Source: Octopus bimaculoides (taxonomy: Eukaryota). From it: 47,306 nucleotides of DNA. The notes under the pieces are model-generated. The model was given only the letters and a program-made list of their open reading frames with translations. It was not told where the DNA came from and made no database searches. The position numbers and the translations under genes were made by a program. The DNA is taken from assembly GCF_001194135.2 (NCBI RefSeq), contig NC_068995.1:3700902-3748207 (forward strand), written 5' to 3'. The stretch's first letter is position 1. Every line of letters begins with the position of its first letter. Below, in pieces: positions 25,371-37,934 of this stretch.

Positions 25371-26263
25371 TACTACTACTACTATGAAAATGTTGAAAAT
25401 ATCTAGCAGTTTTCTGGAAAAAAATAAACATGTATTGAAGACAGACATATTTTACAAAAATGAAAAATATATATATATATATAAATAAGTAAATAAAAAA
25501 ACAATAACCTCCTTACAAAAATGTGAATTATTCATTGTTGCATGAGTAAAAGATGTTTTTTTTTTAAAAATAACTTTTTAAGAGTAATTCTTTATTATTT
25601 TTCCTTATTCCTCTCTGAGTGGAACATTGCATTTTTTGTTACCATTCTACATAGTTTATGCTAGATATCAATATCTTAACACGTACCCAGTTTTATTTGA
25701 TTCTAAGTCATTCACAAATTTTGTTGGTAAAATTGTGAACCCATTTGGAGTTTTAAAAAACTATTTTAATAAATCAATAGTATTTTATTGTTTTGTTTAT
25801 TATTTTCTATTCTGTCGGCTATGGGTTTGTCATTGTTGTTCTAAGTAATAGTTCGAGTTAACGTAAAATGCTTTCTGTTCTATATTTCGTATTAAAAATT
25901 TGAATTATCGAAGAAGAAATAAAGTTTCCTGATCTTCAACAATTTTATTTCAAGAAGGTGAAAAGGAAAACAAAAAGCAACAGAAAGGAATTTAATATCA
26001 GCCAAATGTCAGTTCAGTTCCGTTGAAATACTTGACATTCGAAAGTCGAAGCTTCACACAGCGTAACACATGTATTCTCAGATAGACTTAGACCTAAACA
26101 CAATCATATATGCACACAACCACAAATACATGTTATTTTCATAAAGTTGCTTCGTCAACTTAACTTTGTTGTGCAACGTTTGCGAGTTTGGATAACGTTT
26201 GTATGACGTGAGAAAAAGAGGAAATTGGACGTTTTGAGGTGGGTAATTCACGTATGAGAGAGA

Positions 26264-26291
26264 GGAGGGGGAAGAGTGAGAGAGAGAGAGA

Positions 26292-26322
<31 letters not shown>

Positions 26323-26332
26323 NNNNNNNNNN

Positions 26333-26375
<43 letters not shown>

Positions 26376-26610
26376 AAAAACAGAAAGAAAAAGCTAGCGA
26401 GAGACAGACAGACACGGGGAAAGAGAGAGATAGGGAGAAACAGATAAACAGATACACAGAAGGAGAGGTAGAGAGAGTGAGCTAGAGAGAGCTAAAAAGA
26501 GGGAGAGAGAGAGCGACAGACAGACAGACAGAGAAAGAACATTGGAAAAAGTCAGAGAGAGAGAGAGAGATAGAGAGAAAGAGTGAGAGAGAGGGAGGGA
26601 GGGAGGGAGA
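26264..26610. repeat. (GA)n and purine-rich low-complexity tract
   Basis: GA and GACA repeats with a 10-N gap. Confidence 0.9.
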
Positions 26611-26779
26611 GGGATGTGTATATGGTCGTGATGGAAGTATATCTACTGGAACCAAAGAAACCATGTTTATGTTGATTTTTCAAATTGTTGTGTATATTGG
26701 AGACGTGGCGCGAAATCACAACGTAGGAGCAGTCATTGTATGGCAGCCCCTTGTGACGTTCTAACTATCTCTCTAGTTC

Positions 26780-26930
26780 ACTTCCTTCAACTATGACCTT
26801 TTTTAATCGACTCCGAAAGGATTGAAAGCCAAGTTGACCTTGACGGGATTTGAACTTGGAACGCATTGAATCGGGAACAAGTAACGCGAGACATTTTATC
26901 CAATACTTTCACGACTCATCCAAGTGAATA
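26780..26930 (-). mobile_element. SINE family A copy (decayed)
   Basis: ttttaatcgactccgaaaggattgaaagccaagttgaccttgacgggatttgaactt. Confidence 0.75.
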
Positions 26931-29073
26931 ACGTATGACAGCACTACACAAAGTTGGCAACAAATGTCGCCTAATCGCTATCCTCTCCACACCCGGAAAA
27001 CTCACTCCTTAAACATAGCAACAACAAAGTCGCAAAGATTGACCTTCCTTTACAAGGACAAATATATTTCAGCCCCAAAAGACGTTAACTTTCTACAAAG
27101 TGTCAGTGAAAGCCACAATGAGTCACTGTTCTTCATATCTGGGGCGGTGTTGGTTCTTCTTAAACAAGTATCTTATACTGCAATATCCCTTCAAATGATC
27201 ATTTGGCCATTTAACAAGAAGTCACTAACAGATACATTCCAACCCCTGGCCCATAGACGTGCTGAGGTCTCTCGCTGTCTTTTCGACCGCTGGTCTGCAT
27301 TAATCAATTGGCAGTAACGCTACTTTGGTTTTATTGTCCTACCTACGTCTTGACACTGTATTCAAGATGTAGTGACTGACGAAAATACCGATAGCATACA
27401 ATGCTTAAAAACAAGAAGGCTTTACATTGTAGCTTTGTTTATTGAGGGTAGAACGTTGGTTAGGTATCTTTCGGAGATGAGGTGCTTTTATCTACAAAAT
27501 TTATAGCTTTTTTGAACTGATGAATACATATCCAACTATAAGAAAACAAAGCAAAATCCTAAATGAAAATAGTGAGCGGGCTCACGTGTGTATATATATA
27601 TATATATATNNNNNNNNNNNNNNNNNNNNNNNNNNNNNNNNNNNNNNNNNNNNNNNNNNNNNNNNNNNNNNNNNNNNNNNNNNNNNNNNNNNNNNNNNNN
27701 NNNNNNNNNNNNNNNNNNNNNNNNNNNNNNNNNNNNNNNNNNNNNNNNNNNNNNNNNNNNNNNNNNNNNNNNNNNNNNNNNNNNNNNNNNNNNNNNNNNN
27801 NNNNNNNNNNNNNNNNNNNNNNNNNNNNNNNNNNNNNNNNNNNNNNNNNNNNNNNNNNNNNNNNNNNNNNNNNNNNNNNNNNNNATATATATATGTATAT
27901 AAAGCTATAGTTATCACGAAATTTTCTCAGTTTAATCGATCTATTTGGAAATCGATACTTAATCAGTAATGATGATTATAGTTATAAATATCGCCCCGAA
28001 AAGCCAGATAGGAGGCGAGAAACAAACCCAGCAACAACAAAACACACTGGGGTTTTATACTTTGATGAAATTTCCAAAAGAACCGACAAAGGTTTCGTTA
28101 CAAAACAACAATCGTATATTCTGCGCAGGCTTGGCTTCCTTCATCCTTTTCATTAAATTTACTTGAAATATAACACGTGACCATATTCTTAGTGTTGCTG
28201 CCAAAATCATCGAAAGTTCAAAGGAATAAATTTACAAGATTAATATCACTCGAAATATGTCTGGATAGCTTTTGAATTAAATATCAATTAGAATGTTATT
28301 GTTATCAGCATTCTATGATATGGAATATCAGAGGCTATAGAAATGCGCTGCCATGGCTTTATCCGAGGAGTCTAAATGATGGATACACACATGCAAATGT
28401 GTCTTGACTTCTGTATGTAAAATCTATTTAGGTATTCATTAGACATAGCTTTATTCTCATGTCAATATTTTAGATTCTATATTATCTCTTAACACCGCTC
28501 TTTCTCTCTGCCTCTCTCTGTCTCTCTCTTTCTGTGTGTTGGTCTCTTACCATTTCTCCTATACATGCAAACACTCGCACGCGCACACAGACATGTTAGC
28601 ACCCCCACATTTATATCTGTACATATATACATATATATGTATATGCATATATATATATATATGNNNNNNNNNNATATATATTTATATATATATACTTGCT
28701 GATGTATATCCTTTTGTACACCCACACATACATGCATACATATGTACAGAAGTACACACACACACATATATATATATATATGTATACAGAGACACAGAGA
28801 CACATACACATATACATACTCGCACACATATATACATACTCGCACATATATACATCTGGGTTTGTCAACGTCCTGTACTCACAGCAAACCTGATGCTTAG
28901 ACGAGATTTCTTGCCACCAATGTACAAGAGAAATCATTGAATAAATAAACAATAATAACCGCCAAACTGAATAAAAAGCCATTCTATGCAACAGAAGCAT
29001 TATTAGAAGAGCCATGATTCATAGATAGTGATTTTACCATCCAATACCATTTCTATGGCATATAACGGATAAA

Positions 29074-29112
<39 letters not shown>

Positions 29113-29569
29113 ACATGTACATACGTATGTGTGTGCGCGTGTGTGTATGTGTATACATTATATATAATATATACACACATATTACATATATGTATATAGT
29201 TCATGCACATTATATACATGTATGTTAATATATATTTTTACCAGGCAAAAGAGACACATATTCACCCTTGCTTACAAAGTTCTACTTAGATGAATAAATT
29301 CTAAACAATAACAGAACACTAAATTTAATCAATAAAAATTTCTCCAATACGCTTCTCCATAACAACCTACCTAAAACTTAATTACCACTTCCACTCAAAC
29401 TGACATGCTCAAGGAAGATTTTTAACTCAACAGAGACTATATAAGGCCAAGATTAACTTCAGTATATCACAACCCGACGATGGCTTAACTGTCCGACACG
29501 TCGAAGTTACTGTCAATAATATTCTTATTTAAGAATGAATGATTAATGTATTCTTTTACTTATTTCAGT

Positions 29570-29740
29570 CATTTGACTGTGGCCATGCTGGAGCACCGCC
29601 TTTAATCGAACAAATCGACCCCAGGACTTATTCTTTGTAAGCCTAGTACTATTCTATCGGTGTCTTTTGCTGAACCGCTAAGTGAAGGAGACGTAAACAC
29701 ACCAGCATCGGTTGTCAAGCGATGGTGGTGGGACAAACAC
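29570..29740 (-). mobile_element. SINE family B 3' part
   Basis: tcagtcatttgactgtggccatgctggagcaccgccttt nearly identical to 44780-44820. Confidence 0.85.
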
Positions 29741-29846
29741 ACTCACACACTCACACACACACACACACACACNNNNNNNNNNNNNNNNNNNNNNNNNNNN
29801 NNNNNNNNNNNNNNNNNNNNNNNNNNNNNNNNNNNNNNNNNNNNNN

Positions 29847-29913
<67 letters not shown>

Positions 29914-30704
29914 TATATGTATGAATGTAAGATATCAACGTAGTTTGCCTCCGGTGAATTTAGATACACGAGACATATATTTGTATTCATATACATTCGT
30001 TTGCACATACGCACTGACAAATGTCCAAATCTCTCTTGAACAACACATTCAGGCATAAAATATACAAATGTAAATATTATTAATGGAAATTATGTTCATA
30101 TGTTGATTACGACTAAACTAATGGCACGTCTCCTCTCATATCTTTGAAGAGCACTCCTTGATGGGAGTAAACCTCTTCAGCTATCAACAAGTATAAATTC
30201 ATAGGTAGACAATCAAGGACTGCCCATCTGTTCGGTTAAGGAAACCACGAGACGGCTTGGCTTATGCACTTATTTATATACGCACTCTCAAAGTTACACC
30301 CCTACTCATCTACACGTGTGTTGTGTGTGTGTGTGTGTGTATGTGTGTGTGTGTGTGGTGTGGTGTGTGTGTGTGTGTGTATGTATTTATGCATAGATAT
30401 ATGTGTCTATATATATATATATACATAATATATTATATGTGCATATATATATATATATATATATGAATATATAGGTATATATGCATATATATATATCATA
30501 CATGTATGTGTGTGTGTGTGTGTAAAATACATGTACTCGTATTTATATATTTACATATAAGCATACACACACATATGATATATGCATGCATTCATACATA
30601 CATATGAATATAGAGAAATAAGAAAATAGCTTGTTATATATGTTATATATGTACACACACCCATTCATATACACCTATATNNNNNNNNNNNNNNNNNNNN
30701 NNNN

Positions 30705-30738
<34 letters not shown>

Positions 30739-31536
30739 TGACATGTGTGTGTGTGTGAGTGTGTGTGTGAGTGCGTGTGTATCTGTAGCATTTAGAACAT
30801 GGAGCAAGTTTATTTCCTTTTGTATTTATGTTTCTACGTATGTACGTGTATGCGTCTGTGCGCGTATGTATGTGTGTATGCATGTATGCACGTACGCAAA
30901 TATGTATGTATGTATGTAGGTGTATGTCAAACGTGTGTGTGTATGCGTGTGTATTTATGCATTAGACTACGTGTTAACACCTGCGTAACTAATGATTACT
31001 AACGCAGTTCACAGCTGTTCAATAAATTCGATCTGCAGAAAAGTTTGCTCAATGAACAACAAAGAACACGATTCTCACACAAGATTAAGGAACTATGAAG
31101 CCAAAACAAAGCCAAGATTGTCATTTATCAGGATATAGGAAAGAAAAAAGCACGTTGAGAAAACACTCCTCACTTCAGCGAAACATTTTTAGGTCCATTC
31201 AATTGTTGAGGTTCACGCACTTATATATATATACATGTAGCATTAAATGTACTCGGAGTCAACGCCCACGGTCTTAAATAAGGTACATACGCATACATAC
31301 ATGCGCTCATGCACGTATAAATATGTTTATACATACATATATATATATATATACACATAAAATAGTATTTGTTAAGGTTGTTAGGTTTTTCTCAATCGAT
31401 CAATCCACCGATTGAGTAAACGGAACCATGAACGCATCTGTAACGCATGTCAGAAACAGCTGTAAGTCAACGATACACAAATAAAGGAATATGTAAAGCA
31501 CATTATTTAAGCCTTATATATATATATATATATATA

Positions 31537-31727
31537 CCAGAGTAAGCACATAAATGTGAAAAAGGTGGGAAAAAAGAGTACTCAAATACCAGAGGTAGAG
31601 TAATATGCTTTATTTAAAAGCAGCAGAAATATAAGCTGTTATTCGGAGTTTCACGTTCCCGTTCGTCGGACAGGTTTTTGGGTCCGACGAACGGGAACGT
31701 GAGACTCTGAGTAATAGCTTTTGTTAT
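31537..31727. mobile_element. Hammerhead-bearing repeat (minus, 31537-31678) plus inverted partial copy (plus, 31682-31727)
   Basis: 33-bp fold-back 31639-31671 / 31682-31714; each arm reads CCGACGA-AC-GGGAAC-GT-GARA-CTCYGAR-TA. Confidence 0.8.
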
Positions 31728-31773
31728 TCGCACTTTCGCCATAGCGTTTCTTTATTATTGTCACAATGCCTTC

Positions 31774-31965
31774 TACCATCTCTCGAGCTTGCTGAATCTT
31801 TTCGTCAGTGGAGGAGGTTGACGGGCGTCCTGCTTCCTCTTCGTGTGTCACGCTTGTCCGGCACCTTTTACACTTCTCGATCCACTCATGCACACTTCTA
31901 TGCGGTAGTGCACTGTTCCCGTATTGTGCTAAAAGCCCCCAATGAATTTCAGCACCTGACACACC
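31774..31965 (-). pseudogene. mariner transposase N-terminal (HTH) fragment
   Basis: GVSGAEIHWGLLAQYGNSALPHRSVHEWIEKCKRCRTSVTHEEEAGRPSTSSTDEKIQQAREMV matches the mariner AEIH...YG...V.EW...F..G..S..DE.R.GRP pattern. Confidence 0.9.
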
Positions 31966-32844
31966 ACACACCACACACACATAATATACATAATTAAATG
32001 CTTCTGTCTGTCTCGCTGTGTGTGTATGTGTGTATGTGGAGAGACAGAGAAAAAGAGATAAAGGAGGAGAAAGAATGAGAAAGAAAGTGAAGTGAGAGAG
32101 AATTAGAGAGGAGTAGCGAGAGTTGGTGAGGGAGAATGAATGAGTGATTGAGAGAGAGAGAGAGAGAGAGAGTGAGAATGAGAGAGAGAGGTGAGAAAGA
32201 GAAAGAGAAAGAGAGAGAGAGAGTGGGGGTGGGGGTGATACATTTTTCTAGCTATTGTTATGTATCTAAGTGATTAGTGGAATATTAAAACGCAATTAAT
32301 TCTTCAGATATTAACTGTGACAAAGAAAATATTCACAGACACTGTTCGGATTAGTGGTATTTGCTGCAACCTTACAAGAACTTGTTGCTTATGGAGACAT
32401 CACTGCCGATAAATAATCTACGATGTTTCACGATTAATCCTCAATAAGAAAAGGAAGAAAGAAAAAAAATAATAATCTTCAAATTGTCTCTTTACTGAAA
32501 TTAGCAGTACTGAGAGATATTCCTTCCACCCCGGGGCCATCAATCACCAGGCAAAATAAACTGTATAACAACTAGATGTAATCAATAGGTTGATTTTTGT
32601 CATCGAGAAGGGTCCACATATCCCCTTAGGATTAATGTTTGACACTTGAGCTTCTTTTGCGTGACCTATAACAGAAAATATGCCAGACCGTGAAATATTT
32701 GGACTTTGGAGTTGAAGCGGGGAACGCTGTTGATTTCTTGTTCCTTTTCTTTGTCCCTTTTTTCTTTTAAAGTTACGAATAATTCAGTGTGTATTTATAT
32801 ATTCAAGTGCTGAACACACACACACAGACACATACGTACATACA

Positions 32845-33057
32845 GGAGTGGCTGTGTGGTAAGTAGCTTGCTTACCAACCACATGGTTCCGGGTTCACAT
32901 GGCACTTTGGGCAAGTGTCTTCTACTATAGCCTCGGGCCGACCAAAGCCTTATGAGTGAATTTGGTAGACGGAAACTGAAAGAAGCCCGTCGTGTATATG
33001 TATATGTATATGACGGGATTTTCTCAGTTTCCGTCTACCAAATCCACTCACAAGGCT
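32845..33057. mobile_element. SINE family B head (plus, 32845-32992) and inverted partial copy (33011-33057)
   Basis: 47-nt arms are reverse complements with about 6 mismatches. Confidence 0.9.
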
Positions 33058-33257
33058 ATTCACATAAGAATCTCACATGGAAAATTTCTGGGATGTCTTG
33101 CAAGTCTTCACCGTGGCCACAAACGGATTGGATTTCGAGAATCTGCATCAGTTTCTTTTGCTTTTCTTTCCGTGAAACCAAATGTTGCTAAGTTTTTGTG
33201 CCAGTTTGTTGGTACATAACCTTACGTACCTAAAATGATAGGTACAAATGAAAATTC

Positions 33258-33288
<31 letters not shown>

Positions 33289-35157
33289 TGTATGTATGTA
33301 TGTATGTATGTATGTGTGTATGTGTGTGTGTTGAGCGTTCACTCGCATACCAATTTGAATATGTCCATGAATATTTGAGATTACAAAATATAATCTTGAC
33401 TCTATCCCAGTCCAATATTAACACCTTCATTAATATATGAATTGGATTAATCTTCTGTCGATATTTGACTTACACACACGCTTCGGAAGATATTGTCCAT
33501 CCATGATAATAATGATAATCATATTTGCTATACACACAAGGACGAAAAGCAAAATCGAACTCAAAACTTAAACGAACGAAATCCCATTAAGCATTTTGTC
33601 CGGCTGTTTGTGAGTGCGAGCTTGCTGCCTTATCCAAGCTAATTATAAAACCTGCCGGGTGGTTATCGCTGCTCTTCGCAGAAATGCTTTGGCCATTGGC
33701 AGGTCAGTGCACTTATCCATAATTGAAATGATTCTGTAGTCCCATGATTGAAGAAATATCGGGGACATACATCGTGCAAGCGATTGAAGTGATCCCAGTA
33801 GTTCACTGGTATTTTTATCAAACTAGTAAATCTGAAGGGCAAGATCTGAATTCCTCCAATCTAGAGTTTAAAGGGGACGAGGATTAAAGGGATATGTATA
33901 TATATATATGTATGTATACACACACATATATATGCATATGCATACATATATAGATACACACAGATACGAACATATAATATATATATATGTATATGTATAT
34001 GCTCACATACACACATACGCTCACAAACTTAGCACATGTATATTATACATACATATTCACATACAAACACACACAGCCATGCACGCATGCACACGCGCAT
34101 ACATATCTATACGGATATGTGTCTAACAGAGTTCTTAAAGTATAAAATTCTAAGATATATGTACGTGTACAAATATCGCGTACATACAAATACGAACATT
34201 TATCTATATACATTCACACATAAACGGGCGCGCACAAACACATACACACACACACATATAATTGTACCATGTATATGTTCATACACACGTTTACACACAC
34301 ACACACACACACACAAACACAGACGCACACTCACGCATATATGTAGTTAAGCCTGTGTGTGTGTGTGTATGCCCATGTCAATTATATAAGATCTTCGTTT
34401 GTTGTTTCTGTCAAGCTAGAAGCAGCCAAAGTAATAAATAACAGCGCACAAAGCCTGCTATATCCTGCTATCAATATCGCTACCCTAACTGTGCGACTCT
34501 CTTAGACAATATTAAAGTTTTTAAGCTAAACACTCGACAAAATAAATGTCTTTATTTCTATCTCACGTTGAATGACCCAGTTCTTTTTTTTGTCATAGCA
34601 AAACCACCGTCCAACGTCAGCAAACTATCGTATGCATGCATGTATGTATGTATGCATGTATGTATGTATGTATGTATGCATGCATGTATGTATTTATGTA
34701 TGTATGTATGAATGTATATATGTATCCATGTCTGTCAGTCTGTCTGTCTGTCTGTCTGTTTGCATCTATGTATGTATGTATGTATGCATGCATGTATGTA
34801 TATATGTATGTATCTGCCTGTAAGTACGTATGTATGCATGCATGTATGTGTGTATGTATGTTTATATTTATTTTTATGTATGTATTTATGTATATATTTG
34901 TATATATGCATATATGTGTGTGTGTGTGTGTATGTATATGTATATATATATATATATGCTTATACACATAGTTAAATGAATATGTATGCATATATACAAT
35001 ATATAATTTATATATGTGTAGGTATATATAAATATATACATATACACTTAAATGTGTGCGAACGTATGCATATATATATATATATATGTATATTCCTGTA
35101 TGTATATATGGGCATATATATATATTCGTATATATGTACATACATACAAACACACTG

Positions 35158-35188
<31 letters not shown>

Positions 35189-35951
35189 CACATCCATATA
35201 CGCATATCTATGTATCTCTCTATATATACATATATGTGTGTGTGTGTCGTCTGTCAGTGTGTCTGCATAAACACACACGGACACACACACACACACACAC
35301 ACCCTCACACACACACACGCACACAGACACATGTAATCCCTTCTTGAGTCATTTCAACAATCATGACTCATCTACACAGAATTCCACCCCAGGACCTTCC
35401 TCTCTACTCTCACACCTCAACCACCACCACCACCACCACCACCGCCACCACTAATTCTACTTACGACCACTAAACAGCACCGAGGGATTAGTAAGTTCGC
35501 GGGTTCGACCCTGTTTCCTTAATCCTCCACTAAGCTTTATCGTGCAATTCATGGAATATTTCGTAATGCCAATTTATCTTCCAAATGTGTAATTTTTATT
35601 TCTTCCATCAAGGTCTTTATTTATTTATTTATTTATTCATTCATTTATTTGTTTGTTTGTTTGTTTGCTTGTTTATATATTTTAAAATAAAATGAAACAA
35701 TAACAAAAGACCCCTACACAACAACTAAAAATGAATACACAACGTGTTCAGGTATGTAGCAGGTTGAAATCTCTTAATAATACCTGGTAAAAGGTGACCT
35801 GTAAGGTTAAGACTTTAAACTGAGTGTTTAAGATTGATATCTGCTCAGAGAAAGTGTAAATTGTAAGGGTATAGGCAGACAGGTAACCATGCACTAAGAA
35901 ACTTGCTTCTCAAAAACATGGTTCTGGGTTCAATCTCACTCTACCTTGACA

Positions 35952-36678
35952 TAGATACGGAATAATATCGGTTTCACATTTTGGCACAAGGCCAGCAACT
36001 TGGGGGTAAGGGTAAGAAGATTACATCGATCCCTTGCTGAAGTGGTATATATATTTTATCGACCCCGAAGGATAAAAAGTAAAGTGAACTTCGGTGGGAA
36101 TTGAACTCAGGACTCGAACACGGATGAAATTCAGCTAAGCATTTTGCCCGGCGTGCTAACGTTTCTGCCAGCTTGCCGGCTTTTAGATACGGAATAATAT
36201 CGGTTTCGAATTTTGGCATAAGACCAGCAGTTTTGGGAAAGTGGTTAAATCGACTCAGTGCTCGATTGGTACTTATTTTATCGACCCCGAAATGATGGAA
36301 GGCAAAGTTGACCTCAGCGGAATTTGAACTCTGAACGTAGAAACAGACAGAACGCTTAAAAGCATTTTGTCCGGCATGCAAACGATTTTGCCAGTTTGCC
36401 GCCTTTAGACACGGAATAACAATCCTTTCCCACTAAAGGCCCAAGGCCTGCAATTTTGCGGGAGGGGGTCCAGTCGATTAGATCGACTCCAGCTGGTACC
36501 TATTTTATCTATTAGATCGACACAACTGGTACCTATTTTTCCTATTCTGAAAGGATGAAGGCAAAGTCGACCTCGACGGAATTTGAACTCAGAACGTAAA
36601 GACAGACGAAATACCGCTAAGCATTTCACCCGGCGTGCTAACAATATTGCCAGCTCACTCCCTTCAGATACGAAATAA
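35952..36678 (-). mobile_element. Three stacked SINE family A copies bounded by four 14-bp direct repeats
   Basis: tagatacggaataa at 35952 and 36184, tagacacggaataa at 36406, cagatacgaaataa at 36665. Confidence 0.9.
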
Positions 36679-37048
36679 CATCAAAAAATTATTCTAATTT
36701 GAAATCCAACTTTTATCAAAAACGTATGCTAAAGACACCAATATATTTCAACATTTCCCCAAGAATGCTTTTGCGACTTCAAAACTTCAGACGGGACTTT
36801 CTACAATTGCTTTGCACATACATAGTCATTCTATATACCTGCTGTGAATGAAATGTCTTAGAAATAGTATTAGCATGATTAAGACAATAACACGTGTTTA
36901 GTCTTTGGATAATACTTGGACAAAAGCATGTCGTTAGGTAACAATGAACGGATTTTCGATTATTGATCACACATCTTCGTTTATATACACAGAGAAATAT
37001 TGATTTAGTTAATTGGTTAATCATATACTTCAATAGTCCGTTGCAGTG

Positions 37049-37050
<2 letters not shown>

Positions 37051-37122
<72 letters not shown>
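37051..37122. repeat. (TA)n microsatellite
   Basis: About 35 perfect units. Confidence 0.95.
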
Positions 37123-37126
<4 letters not shown>

Positions 37127-37621
37127 TATATATAGACGTCTAATAAAAAAATCTGTAATATTGACTACTGCACAGAATCTGTATATAGACTGGATTGCCA
37201 TATATATGCAAGTCTAAATAAACGCTGTTATATAGAGTTTATATCCAGACAGCTATACAAATCCGTATATAGGGTACAATGCAAAATTTATGCATAGACT
37301 GCTACATAACGTCTATATAAGCTATATAGCTGTTGTACCTGCTAGAAGCAGCAGCTAAATCTCGTCTCATATCACAACCTTTCGTCTTAGAATGAGCACT
37401 TAAATACGTTAATGTGGTCCAAGATAATCCTTGAAAAGTCGAGATGGTCATGGCTGGAAAACCTCTGCTCATACGTCAACTTCGTGGGGGTTGACCTGAG
37501 GCTAAATAACTCGGGTCATTGTATTACGGGAACATACTCGATAAGAAGTATGCTAGGAGTTACTTCCCTTGAGTCAGTGAGGGTTTAATTTATTTATTAA
37601 TATAATGTTATAATAAGGTTG

Positions 37622-37820
37622 AGAGGGCGAGATAGCCGGGTCATTAGCACGGCGGGCTAAAATGCTTACCGGCTGTTCGTATGTCTTTGCGTTCTAAGTT
37701 CAATTCACGCCGAAGTCGACTTTGTTTTTCACCTTTTTGGGGTCGATAAAATAAGTACCATTTCAGGACTTACCTTTCTCTAGATTTTGTTGGCTTTGTG
37801 CCAAAATTTGAAATCAATGC
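37622..37820 (+). mobile_element. SINE family A copy with internal deletion
   Basis: cattagcacggcgggctaaaatgctta...gaagtcgactttg...ggggtcgataaaataagtacc...gccaaaatttgaaatcaat. Confidence 0.85.
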
Positions 37821-37934
37821 AATGTTAATAGAATTTAACTGAGAGGGAGGGAAACGGACAAAGCGTGAGGGAGAGAGAGAGAAAGATAGTGAGATTAAGA
37901 GACTAGGAGAGAGAGAGAGAGAGAGAGTCAAGTC

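Noticed and set aside
26964-27317. 117-aa ORF
   Set aside because: No recognisable domain or splice context
32425-32640. Cluster of homeodomain-like sites (TAATCC, TGATTGATG, ATCAAT)
   Set aside because: Short AT-rich motifs expected by chance; needs cross-species conservation or ATAC data
35952-36678. CRISPR-like repeat-spacer appearance
   Set aside because: Eukaryotic context; the spacers are homologous 215-245-bp SINEs, repeats are only 14 bp, and there are no cas genes
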